From the IMG/VR virus record IMGVR_UViG_3300047560_002167, positions 1 to 55,266 of that record: a DNA stretch of 55,266 nt. The stretch is one strand, 5' to 3'. Positions within the stretch are counted from its first letter, which is position 1. Each line of letters starts with the position of its first letter. Below are positions 41,901 through 47,711 of the stretch, piece after piece. Made by a program: the position numbers and the translations under genes. The notes beneath the pieces were generated by a model. That model did no database searches and was not told where the DNA came from. It saw only the letters and a program-made list of their open reading frames with translations. The DNA is from a virus (lineage: Duplodnaviria > Caudoviricetes).

Positions 41901-44900
41901 TGGGTGACAATACTACTATCAATAGAAGTAGTCCTGTACAAATAGGTACTACTGCAAGTTTTGTCTTTATTTCTAGCAATTCACATAGTCTCGCAATTGA
42001 CAATTTAGGACGTTTGTATGGTTGGGGATATAACAGCAACGGTCAAGTTGGTAACGGAGCTGGTGGCCCGACAGGATCATACATATCAAGCCCAGTACAG
42101 ATCGGTACTAGTAGTTGGATAACAGTAGCAGCCGGCTTTGAAACATCTTACGGTATAACTGTAGATGGAACATTATTTGCATGGGGTAACGCAGGATTCG
42201 GAGCATTGGGAACCGGTGACATTATAAAACGTTCAGTGCCTACACAAGTTGGTACTGATACTTGGAAAGAAGTTGCAGGAACTAGCGGGTATACTGGGTA
42301 TGCTGTAAAATCTGACAATTCAGTTTGGTGGTGGGGCGCAGGTCCTTCAACTTCTAGTCCTGTACAAATTTCATCAGCCGCATCAACTAATCCATATTTA
42401 GATATAGTAGCTGATCCTGATAATGGCCCAATCTATGCTATCACAAATAGTAAAACGCTAGTTACATTAACACCAACAACAACGCCGTTTGATGGTGGCA
42501 TTTGGACTAGTGCAGTAAGTATCATTGGCTACAATGCAGCTATCCGTGATGACAAAACGTTATGGATGTGGGGTGCAAATACTCTTGGACAATTAGGTGA
42601 TGGTACTACTATCAACAGAAGCAGTCCAGTACAGGTTCCTGGTAGTTGGAATTTTATATCAGGTAATGGTCAGTCAAGTAATGGCTGGACTGCTGGTATT
42701 AAAACAGATGGTACTCTGTGGATTTGGGGTATGAACTATAACGGATACTTTGGTGATGACACAAGTACAGGTTACAGAAGCAGCCCAGTTCAACTTGGAA
42801 CTAATAGCTGGATTACACTAGCATCTAGTGGTGTAGGTACATTGATTGCGATTGATGCTTCTGGTAAGTTATTTGCATGGGGTTCAAACGCATACGGTCA
42901 GTTGGGCTTAGGCGACCAAGTAACTAGAAGCAGCCCAGTTCAAGTTATGGCAGGTAGAAGTTTCACACAAGTTGCAGCAAATTATTATGCCTCATACGCA
43001 CTAGAGACAACAGGTACATTGTGGGCTATGGGAGTTAATACTGCAGGTTACTTGGGTGATAACACTGTTGTTGCAAAATCAAGTCCAATTCAAGTTAACG
43101 CAAGTAGTTGGGCTACAATTGCCGCAACAGGATTACATGCTATGGGATCTATTATCGTTGACGGTGTAACTACATTATGGACATGGGGTGGAAACACATA
43201 TGGTCAACTTGGATTAGCAGATAAATTAATCTCAGGTGCGATGAGTAGTCCAGTTCAAATTGGCGCAGTCTATGATTCTGACAGAATTCGTTATTCAAGT
43301 CCAGTACAAGTTGGTCTAGGCTATAGTTGGATAAATGTATCAGCTGGGCCATATGCATCAGTAGCAGCAAGACAAGATGGTACTGTTTGGACTTGGGGTA
43401 TGAACTTAGTTGGTCAGTTGGGTGTCAACGATGTTAAGTATCGCAGCAGCCCAGTGCAAGTTGCAGGTACTGCAGCCGGTAGTGTAGTTTCATTGAATCT
43501 TCCTAAGCAAATATCAATGAACGGCGATCCAATCAATGGTGCTGACACTAGTATTTGGATTCAAGGGCGTGATGGTGGATTATATACGAATGGATATAAC
43601 CTATACGGTCAAGTTGGTAATGCAGCAACAGTGACAAGAAGCAGTCCTGTGCAAATCGCAACAACGGCTATGGGTACTAGCCCCATCGTACCGATCAACA
43701 TCACATCTACTAGAGGATCTAGTTTCGTTGCTGTAGGTCACGGCAATGCTGTTGCTGCTATCGCAAGTAACGGCACATTGTGGGCTTGGGGTACTGGCAC
43801 GCAAGGCCAATTAGGCTATAATACTAATGCAACTACATCATTGCAAGTTAGTGTCGGTAACAATCCTCAGTCATACAAAGTAGGAGAGAATTCTATCGGC
43901 GCAAGTAGCTGGAGTCAAATCAGTGCAGGTTACAATCATGCACTAGCAATTGATTCAACTAACAGACTATTCGGCTGGGGCAACTACGCAGCTAAAAATC
44001 CAATTGTAACTTCTACTATGAGTTGGAAGTCATTCATTAACGATACTACTACTATAGCACTTCGTTCAGATGGCACACTATGGGTTTGGGGCTATGGCGG
44101 CACTGGAAGCATGGGTGATAACACTACCGTTAACAAGAGTAGCCCAACACAAGTAGGTACAGACACATGGAATCAAATATCTAATGGTTCAAACCAAGTG
44201 GGTGGTATCAAAACTGATGGTACATTGTGGTTATGGGGATATAACCCATATGGTCAATTAGGAGATAACACAGTAGCAAATAGAAGCAGTCCAGTTCAAG
44301 TTGCTGGCAGCTGGTTATCCCTATCATGCGGCCTTAACAACACTGCAGCCATTAAAACAGACGGAACGTTGTGGCTATGGGGAGACAACACAAACGGTGT
44401 ATTGGGAGACAATACAATTGCCCCTAAATCTAGTCCTGTTAATATCGGCTCTCGTGCAACATGGAAGAAAGCGGTATTATCATCTACTTCATCTTATGCA
44501 ATTGACAACGACGGCAACTTATATGCATGGGGACAAAACACTAACGGTGAATTGGGTTTAAACGACACTGTAAACAGAAGTAGCCCGGTGCAAGTTGGCA
44601 CATCTAAGTGGATTAATATCGCTGCAGGTCTTGGCGGCAGTGGTGGTTTTGCATTAGCATTACGTGCAGATAACACACTATGGGGTTGGGGTTACAACTT
44701 CAACGGCTCAGTAGGTGATTCAACTGGTATTTCTAGAAGCAGCCCGGTACAAGTTGGAACTAGTTTATGGTCTAGTGTGAATTCAGGCCCATTCTATAGC
44801 AGTAGTTTTGCTACTGACATTAATGGAAGATTGTTTGCATGGGGATATAATAGCACCGGTACTGTAGGCAATAGTACTACTGTACCATATCAAAGTCCTG

Positions 44901-45307
44901 TACTAGTAAATGCGTCATATACTTTATTGGGTGTAGGTAACGGTGTCGCCGCAAACGATCCTAATGGATTGTTGTATGCTTGGGGAACTAACACATATGG
45001 TAACTACGGTGACTATTCAGCTATTTCATACTCTTCGCCGGTATTAGTTGTTACTAATACTATTAGTCCAAATACTAGTAGCCCAGTTCAACTAATGAGT
45101 GGATCATGGAGTCATGTAAATGCAGGTAATGACGTTAACCTAGTTGCTGATTCTAACGGGACATTGTATACTTGGGGTAGAAATGACATGCAACAGCTTG
45201 GATTGAATTCTACTAATAGATTTGTCACTAGTCCAGTTGTAATAGGTACCCAAACACGAGACACGGGCGCTGGAAATAACAATTCAGGATACATCAAAAA
45301 TATCTGA
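29936..45307 (+). CDS. Giant RCC1/BLIP-II beta-propeller repeat protein B (5123 aa; two LamG inserts)
   Basis: Uninterrupted 15.4-kb ORF of the same repeats. It starts in an ATGA overlap with MSNNTNRSSLTQI, which is the second half of a repeat. It ends with a first-half repeat, QTRDTGAGNNNSGYIKNI. Confidence 0.93.
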   Translation: MSNNTNRSSLTQIEGKTGAYAISPVSVGSSWKSLSIGSSHAVAIKNDGTLWSWGSNQYGQVGNNTVSIQSSPVQIGTRLWLSASAGANHSMAIRSDGLLFGWGQNSSYQLGNNGLAYSNYWRMASPGYSHTMLIKADGTLWAVGGNTQGQLGNNTVAAVTSPIQIGTSSWSMVTTSTLNTFAIDINGRLFAWGYNLAGDLGLNDVTNKSSPTQIGTSLWTTVATTAGSVSANDAGYAIDINKNLFAWGFGTNGQLGDNTIVSKSSPVFVGANFIKVAATDGAAVAIDGTGNIFTWGKNDLGQLGQNDTISRSAPSQIPSSYVWSNVVTAQNTMFGLTNTGLLLGWGQNTAGIIGDSTNINRSAPVQIMTNVSKLSSKNYLQTSVIDTSGSLWMWGDNTGGQLGDGTTISRSAPVQIGNSKWAAVTSTISGTLGVTTDNKLWAWGKDSGNYELYFTTSDALAATYRSSPVQTGAGLLSDSPVQIGTSSWVSVSAGTDHTLAIRSDKTLWAWGSNLVGQLIAPQFAGQLVSSPTQVGTSSYVTVSAGNSFSLAITSDNKLISAGNNTNNQLGSSTFSNLNTWSKVVESTGHALAISSDGKLFAWGDNTGGQLGDGTTISRSSPVQIGTDTWTNISINSESTTINLASSFAIRADGKLFAWGNNANGQLGQNDLIAKSSPVQVGAGKSFVQVSVGPTFHVVAIDSVGSLWAWGFNTQGQLGTGDTIARSSPVQINSNSWLQVAAGYSYASAIRSDGMLFAWGGNIGGQLGLNDIINRSVMTQIGTSSWSQVFTVQGTGQSGPRLALRSDGTLWGSGYNANGQLGDGTLTNRSSPVQVGTSTWSKVEIHNNATIGIQQDGSLWFWGVKAPVAGSDNATASFTYSWTQVAGGSQNSYAIRADSTLWGWGYNIAGQVGDNTTASRSAPVQITIGSALWKDVTGGGSFAVAINSQNRLFAWGKNDQGQLGINHTNNASSPVQIAAPLSSFSSVNSGYYHSLAIDTAGKLWSWGSNSFRQLGLTDSAYSYLSWSQVSTSASHSMFIRSDGRLFGVGYNGYGALGDGTVVNKSSPVIIGSEKWIDVSAGQRGDGSTANYTIAIRNDGMLFAWGYNLAGELGDITTISRSSPVQLGTSSWIAVASGTSGNYAIRNDNMLFAWGGDAPSTFSGGPVRFYASSSPVQVSTKPYSKIFANPSGSPGSTPITGAYALALDTDNKLWAWGNNSVGQMGRLTYDSWTSVAITNNQSRTMFGIKEDGVLYAWGTDLQSVADYTQTYNGPTLKSSPIVVGNTTPMYTKFASVSGGYSHMYAISTDGKLYGMGVPNVGYGLPDVYSWSQIRSTGITTYAIRNDGLMFAWGRDDYSQMGDFGTVQNRSAPIQIGTLSWSQLATATGQVSSMAAITSDGRLFAWGYNNQGQLGLGDTNGRQSPVQLGVGYSWRSAIVSVNSHVYMRDDGVLFGSGSNTNGVFAAGAAPASLRSSPVQISSTNYNSVVFVAENSTSTTAILAIDKNQNLFTWGSGLYGMLGDGTTINRSSPLQIGTSKWQSVAAGNRTAAAITVDGRLFTWGGDAAYYTLGSNDKSWRLIYSAGSTTFGIDYAQRLWTWGAGSNGISGTGTTTSRSSPVQIGTSSWALVSGSGEHALATTFGGGLWTWGRNIFGALGSANTVDRSSPVQISSASFPVIVAGPYQSSAAIDSLNQLWTWGSNGGVLGDGTTINRSQPVQITGTWADVSIGNSVMYAIRSDRTLWTWGLNTSGQLGLNNANNYSSPVQIGTSSWLMVSAGSKNFVAAIDVNNRLFTWGANVEGELGDNTTVSKSSPVLVSSGTAGAIAFTGSSSIASTSNINLGAGLFTVEGWFYRTSAVGSNTSFWGSTNGTGSTPKIIFNQMNTGELRVWQNDAAVLTTSTTLVPQNTWVHIAVVRDTVAPGAIKIYVNGQLQPSTTNPSGDYSGITGTFNIGADGEGAYSPFPGSISNFRVVTGVAVYTGNFTVPTNVLTTSQSSGTNISSVTDSQTQLLAYASTANDASIYGRTLTLTNASTTFSGPFNERWLQAVANNGSVFARRIDNSFWVWGNNTGGELGLNDAIARSSPVQLSAFSKESIVLNNITIQPSIGNNNTVLYNNGAGLMWGYNAAGGIGDNTTVNKSNPVQIAPDPSRSSPVQVGTDYWTQVVGGAYHFIGQQTNGKLYAWGNNAQGQLGTGDIGFRGNPTLISNTLYSSVQLSAGVSSTYMKSTGKLYSWGGNNYGEMAADNSTIARSSITQVATNSVYTLQQFFNGSSYTQVASYNHTGAIKDDGTLWLWGRNNNGQLGDLTVVDNNSPVQIAGSWTQIEVGYSTTMALKTDGTLWVWGNNSYGQLGQGHTVARSSPVQVAGSWNKIAATGNTVFAIRTTGTLWAWGNNTYGVLGLNDIVHRSSPVQVAGSWTNITALGDSIFGVKTDNTLFAWGDNSSGQLGVNDLINRSSPVQVANAGTTAGAFILPKSNPNQNGNSGVNATSFIKDNVLYTIGNNVQGQLGFGAVTTASSPVQVGTFVSTYVNSPIQIGTDSWSQVSAGTDHAAAISPDGRLFTWGGNGSGQLGGGGGEYLSISTNGNSSTNSSGSNYGFTGYVRSDGTLMMVGFNGGGQLGQGTTGNTYSSPVQVGATGYWKQVSVGAASVTLAIDYLGRLWAWGYNVWSNLGTNDSTNYSSPVLIAATNSWVQVATATRTSYAIDTAGRLWAWGTNTYGGIGDGTTINKSSPVQIGTGTDWKAVYNGAWSLHVHAIKNDGTLWAWGYNANGRLGDGTTAHKSSPVQIPGSWTMVSHNGEYYTEGWDSYGVKTDGTLWTWGFLATSTTPVQRSNASVTSWLGVYGYMYGAFALASDNYLYYMNGNNDANTYFNWSGAATGVVTQPVALSTSVSFKNINTWQNFRLGQIWPTPDNKLYVWGDNSSGLLGQNDQISRSSPIQLGANPSAFTPAQVVSGSWNQVKASSSHTVAIKNDSTLYAWGLNASGQLGTGDTVSRSSPVQLPSNTNAYVNSVQFSSGNYTTVPYNAAFLLSASNFTIEAWIYPTTTSVRRGIVNNWYIGGEFYFEITTGNNLIFGYTNVASGISTPEYTGSTTINSNVWTHVAIVRNGSAWRFYINGVADATTYTSSDTMYYYNGTTKPLLIGVGLDYSAPFTGKIAGLRIVKGVAVYTGNFTVPTIPAASTQSSGTNISAITAGQTILLTNQTIIFADTSSNNWTVTPTGSPAIVPASEIYTGLSVQPLYQWSVVGKGSGYINSVVRNDGTLWSTGLGSSGQIANGTTTTYSSYVSVGSTTVNFNAALTKVDDQSYTVAAAGFGQSLAIRNDGTLWGWGLNSQNQLGFGPGEVWTNTTGGTFQAAAMTSLGRLFTWGANTWGSVGDGTTTARATPQLIPSLISWTQMSASGDSMFAIKADGTLWVWGANYNGQLGLGDTVSRSSPVQLGSSTNWTNVSANKVYVTALNSLGQLWAWGANSGSNSTGSLGDGTTIDRSSPVQVAGSWSILGTYDAGGSVSATTYAIKPDGTMYAWGNNGSGQFGDSTVVSRSQPTQIGIGYSWSMVGCTSQSMLALRSDGTLWVTGVGTNGVLGTNEVIARSSPVQIGTSASGALIQWKSIGIGTSCAAAIRANDNSLWAWGYNLNGALGDGTVVPKSSPVQIGQSQWLVVSGLGFGLHGITIDNTLFGWGGSYTGNGTTISSSSPVAVDSTGLLTAPYTLVSSPTQIAGSWNKVSTGYHHTLAIKADGTLWAWGSNSEGQLGTITNMTLLNHGATSFVKADNTLWTWGNNASGQVGDVTLVSRSSPVQVFAPISWNQISDSYEGGNEAGGEMGRVGVDAYGYLYAWGKNTYGQLGTNNTTGYSTPQKIGVQQWKILATPFGIKEDGTLWAWGSNGDGRLGDGTTLTRSSPVQIGLSSWMAVSSNGHAIRVDGTLWGWGENSKGGIGDNTTVNKSSPVQIGTLTNWRRVNANKRPNYREAGFAINSLGQTFGFGENTFGQVGDNTTINRSSPVQIGTTASFVFISSNSHSLAIDNLGRLYGWGYNSNGQVGNGAGGPTGSYISSPVQIGTSSWITVAAGFETSYGITVDGTLFAWGNAGFGALGTGDIIKRSVPTQVGTDTWKEVAGTSGYTGYAVKSDNSVWWWGAGPSTSSPVQISSAASTNPYLDIVADPDNGPIYAITNSKTLVTLTPTTTPFDGGIWTSAVSIIGYNAAIRDDKTLWMWGANTLGQLGDGTTINRSSPVQVPGSWNFISGNGQSSNGWTAGIKTDGTLWIWGMNYNGYFGDDTSTGYRSSPVQLGTNSWITLASSGVGTLIAIDASGKLFAWGSNAYGQLGLGDQVTRSSPVQVMAGRSFTQVAANYYASYALETTGTLWAMGVNTAGYLGDNTVVAKSSPIQVNASSWATIAATGLHAMGSIIVDGVTTLWTWGGNTYGQLGLADKLISGAMSSPVQIGAVYDSDRIRYSSPVQVGLGYSWINVSAGPYASVAARQDGTVWTWGMNLVGQLGVNDVKYRSSPVQVAGTAAGSVVSLNLPKQISMNGDPINGADTSIWIQGRDGGLYTNGYNLYGQVGNAATVTRSSPVQIATTAMGTSPIVPINITSTRGSSFVAVGHGNAVAAIASNGTLWAWGTGTQGQLGYNTNATTSLQVSVGNNPQSYKVGENSIGASSWSQISAGYNHALAIDSTNRLFGWGNYAAKNPIVTSTMSWKSFINDTTTIALRSDGTLWVWGYGGTGSMGDNTTVNKSSPTQVGTDTWNQISNGSNQVGGIKTDGTLWLWGYNPYGQLGDNTVANRSSPVQVAGSWLSLSCGLNNTAAIKTDGTLWLWGDNTNGVLGDNTIAPKSSPVNIGSRATWKKAVLSSTSSYAIDNDGNLYAWGQNTNGELGLNDTVNRSSPVQVGTSKWINIAAGLGGSGGFALALRADNTLWGWGYNFNGSVGDSTGISRSSPVQVGTSLWSSVNSGPFYSSSFATDINGRLFAWGYNSTGTVGNSTTVPYQSPVLVNASYTLLGVGNGVAANDPNGLLYAWGTNTYGNYGDYSAISYSSPVLVVTNTISPNTSSPVQLMSGSWSHVNAGNDVNLVADSNGTLYTWGRNDMQQLGLNSTNRFVTSPVVIGTQTRDTGAGNNNSGYIKNI
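35390..36055 (+). other. LamG/ConA-like lectin domain inserted between RCC1 blades (protein B, first)
   Basis: FTVEGWFY...NTWVHIAVVR...FPGSISNFRVVTGVAVYTGNFTVPT. Boundaries are approximate. Confidence 0.85.
38942..39652 (+). other. LamG/ConA-like lectin domain inserted between RCC1 blades (protein B, second)
   Basis: NFTIEAWIY...NVWTHVAIVR...FTGKIAGLRIVKGVAVYTGNFTVPT. Boundaries are approximate. Confidence 0.85.
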
Positions 45308-45322
45308 GCATAGTTTCACTGA

Positions 45323-45329
45323 ATAAGTA
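45323..45329 (+). promoter_or_regulatory. Putative late promoter variant (ATAAGTA)
   Basis: Intergenic, upstream of a GAGG SD (45351-45354) and the ATG at 45362. The same word recurs at 48425. Confidence 0.35.
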
Positions 45330-45361
45330 ATGTACTACACATTATTTTAAGAGGAAGAAAC

Positions 45362-47116
45362 ATGCACGAAATTGATGAGATGCTTAAATTGCAATTGGAA
45401 GGACACCACAAAGAAGCCCGTGTCCTTTCTGATAAATTAGAAGCTATCGGGGCCGATAAGATTTTAGATCCAAACGGCAAGAACACACAAGACATTTGGA
45501 TGCGCCACTGCTTTAACCGCGGCTGGTTCATAATTCAAGATGGTGACTATCAAACTGGTTGTAAGCTATTAGAAAATGGTCGTTTCTTGAACGTATACGG
45601 TTCTCCACCACTACGCACAGATGCACCTATCTTTAACCCAGATGAACACGACATTAAAGGTAAATCAATTATCGTATCACTAGAAGGTGGATACGGTGAC
45701 GAAATCATTCACGCACGTTTTGCAACTTCATTTAAGAAGCTAGGTGCAAGCCATGTTTATATCGCAGCAGCGCCTGAACTAGTTTCTGTATTTGAACGTA
45801 TTGAAGGTGTTGATAAAGTTATCTTACGTAATCAAGCAAGTTCAGTAGCACATGACTACTGGGTCCCGGGCTTTAGTGCTGGATGGGTATCAGGGCACAC
45901 GTTTGATGACTTCCCAAATCAACCATACTTAACACCTCGTAGTGATAGCGTTGAAGTATGGAAGGGAATGATTAATAGTGACAAGATTAAAGTTGGTATT
46001 CGTTGGGCAGGTAATCCTAAGTTCGAACATCAACAGTTCCGTCGCTTCCCGGAGAACTTTATTACAAACTTGGCTAAGTATCCTGAGTTACAAATCTATT
46101 CATTACAGAAGGATCATAACTTAATCAACTTACCAGAAGGTGTACAAGACTTACAACACTTCTTGATTAGTTGGGAAGACACAATGGCAGCTATTGCTAA
46201 CTTAGATATTGTTATCACAAGCTGTACAAGTATTGCACACATTAGTGCTGCGATGGGAAAAGAAACATGGGTCATGGTACCAGTTCTTCCGTATCACACA
46301 TGGACATACGGTAGCCCAGACAATGATGGCTCACCTTACTATAACTGTGTTAAACTTTTCCGTCAAGTAGAAAAGTCAAAGTGGAATGTTCCTTTCCAGA
46401 AGATGTATGCTGCATTAGAAGAAAAATTTAATCTAGCACACATCGACCAACCCGATGAAGATAGAGTTACTAAACGTATCAACTTAGGTTGCGGCTTGAA
46501 GAAGATTGAAGGATTTGTAAACGTTGACGTTAGTCCAACAGTTAAACCTGATCAAGTAGTTGACTTGAATCAGTTCCCTTGGCCATTCAAAGACAATGAG
46601 TTTGACCACATTGTAGCTAAAGATATCTTAGAGCATTTGGGTGAAACAAGTAAAGACTTCATCAAAGTTATCAAAGAAATGTATCGTATTAGTCATAACG
46701 GTGCAATCTGGGAAGTTGAATCACCTCACTGGCGTTGTGATACAGCGATTGATGACCCAGACCACAAGCGTCTAATCACTATGGGTATGTTTAACTTGTT
46801 CAATAAGCGTATGTTGATTGAGAAGTTGCAAACAGGTGGAAGTGATAGTGCATTGGCATTTGAACATGATGTGGATATTGAGATTTGTGATATGCAGTTT
46901 GACTACACAAAGCCTTGGCAAGACCGTTTGAAAGCTCGTCAGATTACAGAAGACGAATTGACCTATGCATTGAATCATTTCAACAACGTTGCATTGAGTG
47001 CTAAGTATTTGATTCAAGTTCATAAGCCCGGTCGCAATGACTTTAGTGAATATGAACAATTAGTTGAGAAGAAACTACAAGAGCCATTGAAGTTAACAAC
47101 TAATAATGACTTATAA
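45362..47116 (+). CDS. GT-B (GT9-like) glycosyltransferase fused to a class I SAM-dependent methyltransferase (584 aa)
   Basis: The N-terminal part has EGGYGDEIIHARF, IRWAGNP and DIVITSCTSIAHISAAMGKETW...SPYYNCVKLFRQ, as in TPR-associated GT9-like proteins. The C-terminal part has INLGCG...FVNVD...DLNQFPWPFKDNEFDHIVAKDILEHL, a Methyltransf_11-like signature. Confidence 0.8.
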   Translation: MHEIDEMLKLQLEGHHKEARVLSDKLEAIGADKILDPNGKNTQDIWMRHCFNRGWFIIQDGDYQTGCKLLENGRFLNVYGSPPLRTDAPIFNPDEHDIKGKSIIVSLEGGYGDEIIHARFATSFKKLGASHVYIAAAPELVSVFERIEGVDKVILRNQASSVAHDYWVPGFSAGWVSGHTFDDFPNQPYLTPRSDSVEVWKGMINSDKIKVGIRWAGNPKFEHQQFRRFPENFITNLAKYPELQIYSLQKDHNLINLPEGVQDLQHFLISWEDTMAAIANLDIVITSCTSIAHISAAMGKETWVMVPVLPYHTWTYGSPDNDGSPYYNCVKLFRQVEKSKWNVPFQKMYAALEEKFNLAHIDQPDEDRVTKRINLGCGLKKIEGFVNVDVSPTVKPDQVVDLNQFPWPFKDNEFDHIVAKDILEHLGETSKDFIKVIKEMYRISHNGAIWEVESPHWRCDTAIDDPDHKRLITMGMFNLFNKRMLIEKLQTGGSDSALAFEHDVDIEICDMQFDYTKPWQDRLKARQITEDELTYALNHFNNVALSAKYLIQVHKPGRNDFSEYEQLVEKKLQEPLKLTTNNDL

Positions 47117-47711
47117 TATAACAATGGATTTTAGTTGCGGTGGGCATGGGTCAATACAAAATATTACCCATCTCATCAATACATACGGAATCCCTAACAC
47201 TATTATTGAAGTTGGTGTGTTTGAAGGTAACACCACGTTCTGGATGGCAGACCAACTAACACCGCACAACAGCAACCTTAAAATATATGCAGTTGACCCG
47301 CATGTGGGTAGCAATGATATGTCAGAAGATCCTGCTATGGTTCATGCTAACTTTACACATAATTTAAATGAATGTAAGCATAAGAATGTCGAGTACATAC
47401 GCAAGTATAGTGAAGATGGTTTGATTGACTTGATTAACAAAGGTGTCAAAGCTGAGTTAATCTACATCGACGGAGACCATAGAGCAGCCGGCGTATTAAC
47501 TGACTTAGTACTAGCATACAAACTATTAGTACCGGGTGGTGTAATATTGTGTGATGATGCTACTGTTTGGAAATACAAAGATAAGAATGGTACTGAAGCG
47601 GCACAGATGAGTCCTAGACTAGCAATAGAGATGTTCATACAATGCTATTGGCATCACATTGAACCTATTAAAGTACCAGATCCCTGGCAAACAGCATTTA
47701 GAAAATTATGA
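47106..47711 (+). CDS. Class I SAM-dependent methyltransferase (Methyltransf_24-like)
   Basis: Motifs IEVGVFEG, YAVDPH, LIYIDGDH and LLVPGGVILCDD. The start could alternatively be the ATG at 47124. Confidence 0.85.
   Translation: MTYNITMDFSCGGHGSIQNITHLINTYGIPNTIIEVGVFEGNTTFWMADQLTPHNSNLKIYAVDPHVGSNDMSEDPAMVHANFTHNLNECKHKNVEYIRKYSEDGLIDLINKGVKAELIYIDGDHRAAGVLTDLVLAYKLLVPGGVILCDDATVWKYKDKNGTEAAQMSPRLAIEMFIQCYWHHIEPIKVPDPWQTAFRKL

Larger units (their letters stand above)
15534..45304 (+). repeat. Array of 182 RCC1-type coding repeats arranged as nested 7-blade blocks
   Basis: Manual blade-by-blade parse of both translations. As a length check, 9944 aa minus three ~225-aa LamG inserts, divided by 182, gives ~51 aa per blade, the expected RCC1 repeat length. 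Confidence 0.85.

Noticed and set aside
15474-45307. CRISPR-like periodic repeat (agaagtagcccagt roughly every 150 nt)
   Set aside because: The repeat is degenerate at third codon positions, lies in frame within coding sequence, has spacing too long for spacers, and there are no cas genes.
1554-45307. Diversity-generating retroelement acting on the lectin or propeller domains
   Set aside because: There is no reverse transcriptase in the window, and I saw no ~100-nt repeat pair differing only at adenines. One elsewhere in the genome cannot be excluded.
15474-45307. Eukaryotic or giant-virus origin suggested by RCC1 repeats
   Set aside because: Shine-Dalgarno sites, translational coupling, PAAR, a tail chaperone and bacterial-type class Ia RNR all point to a bacteriophage.
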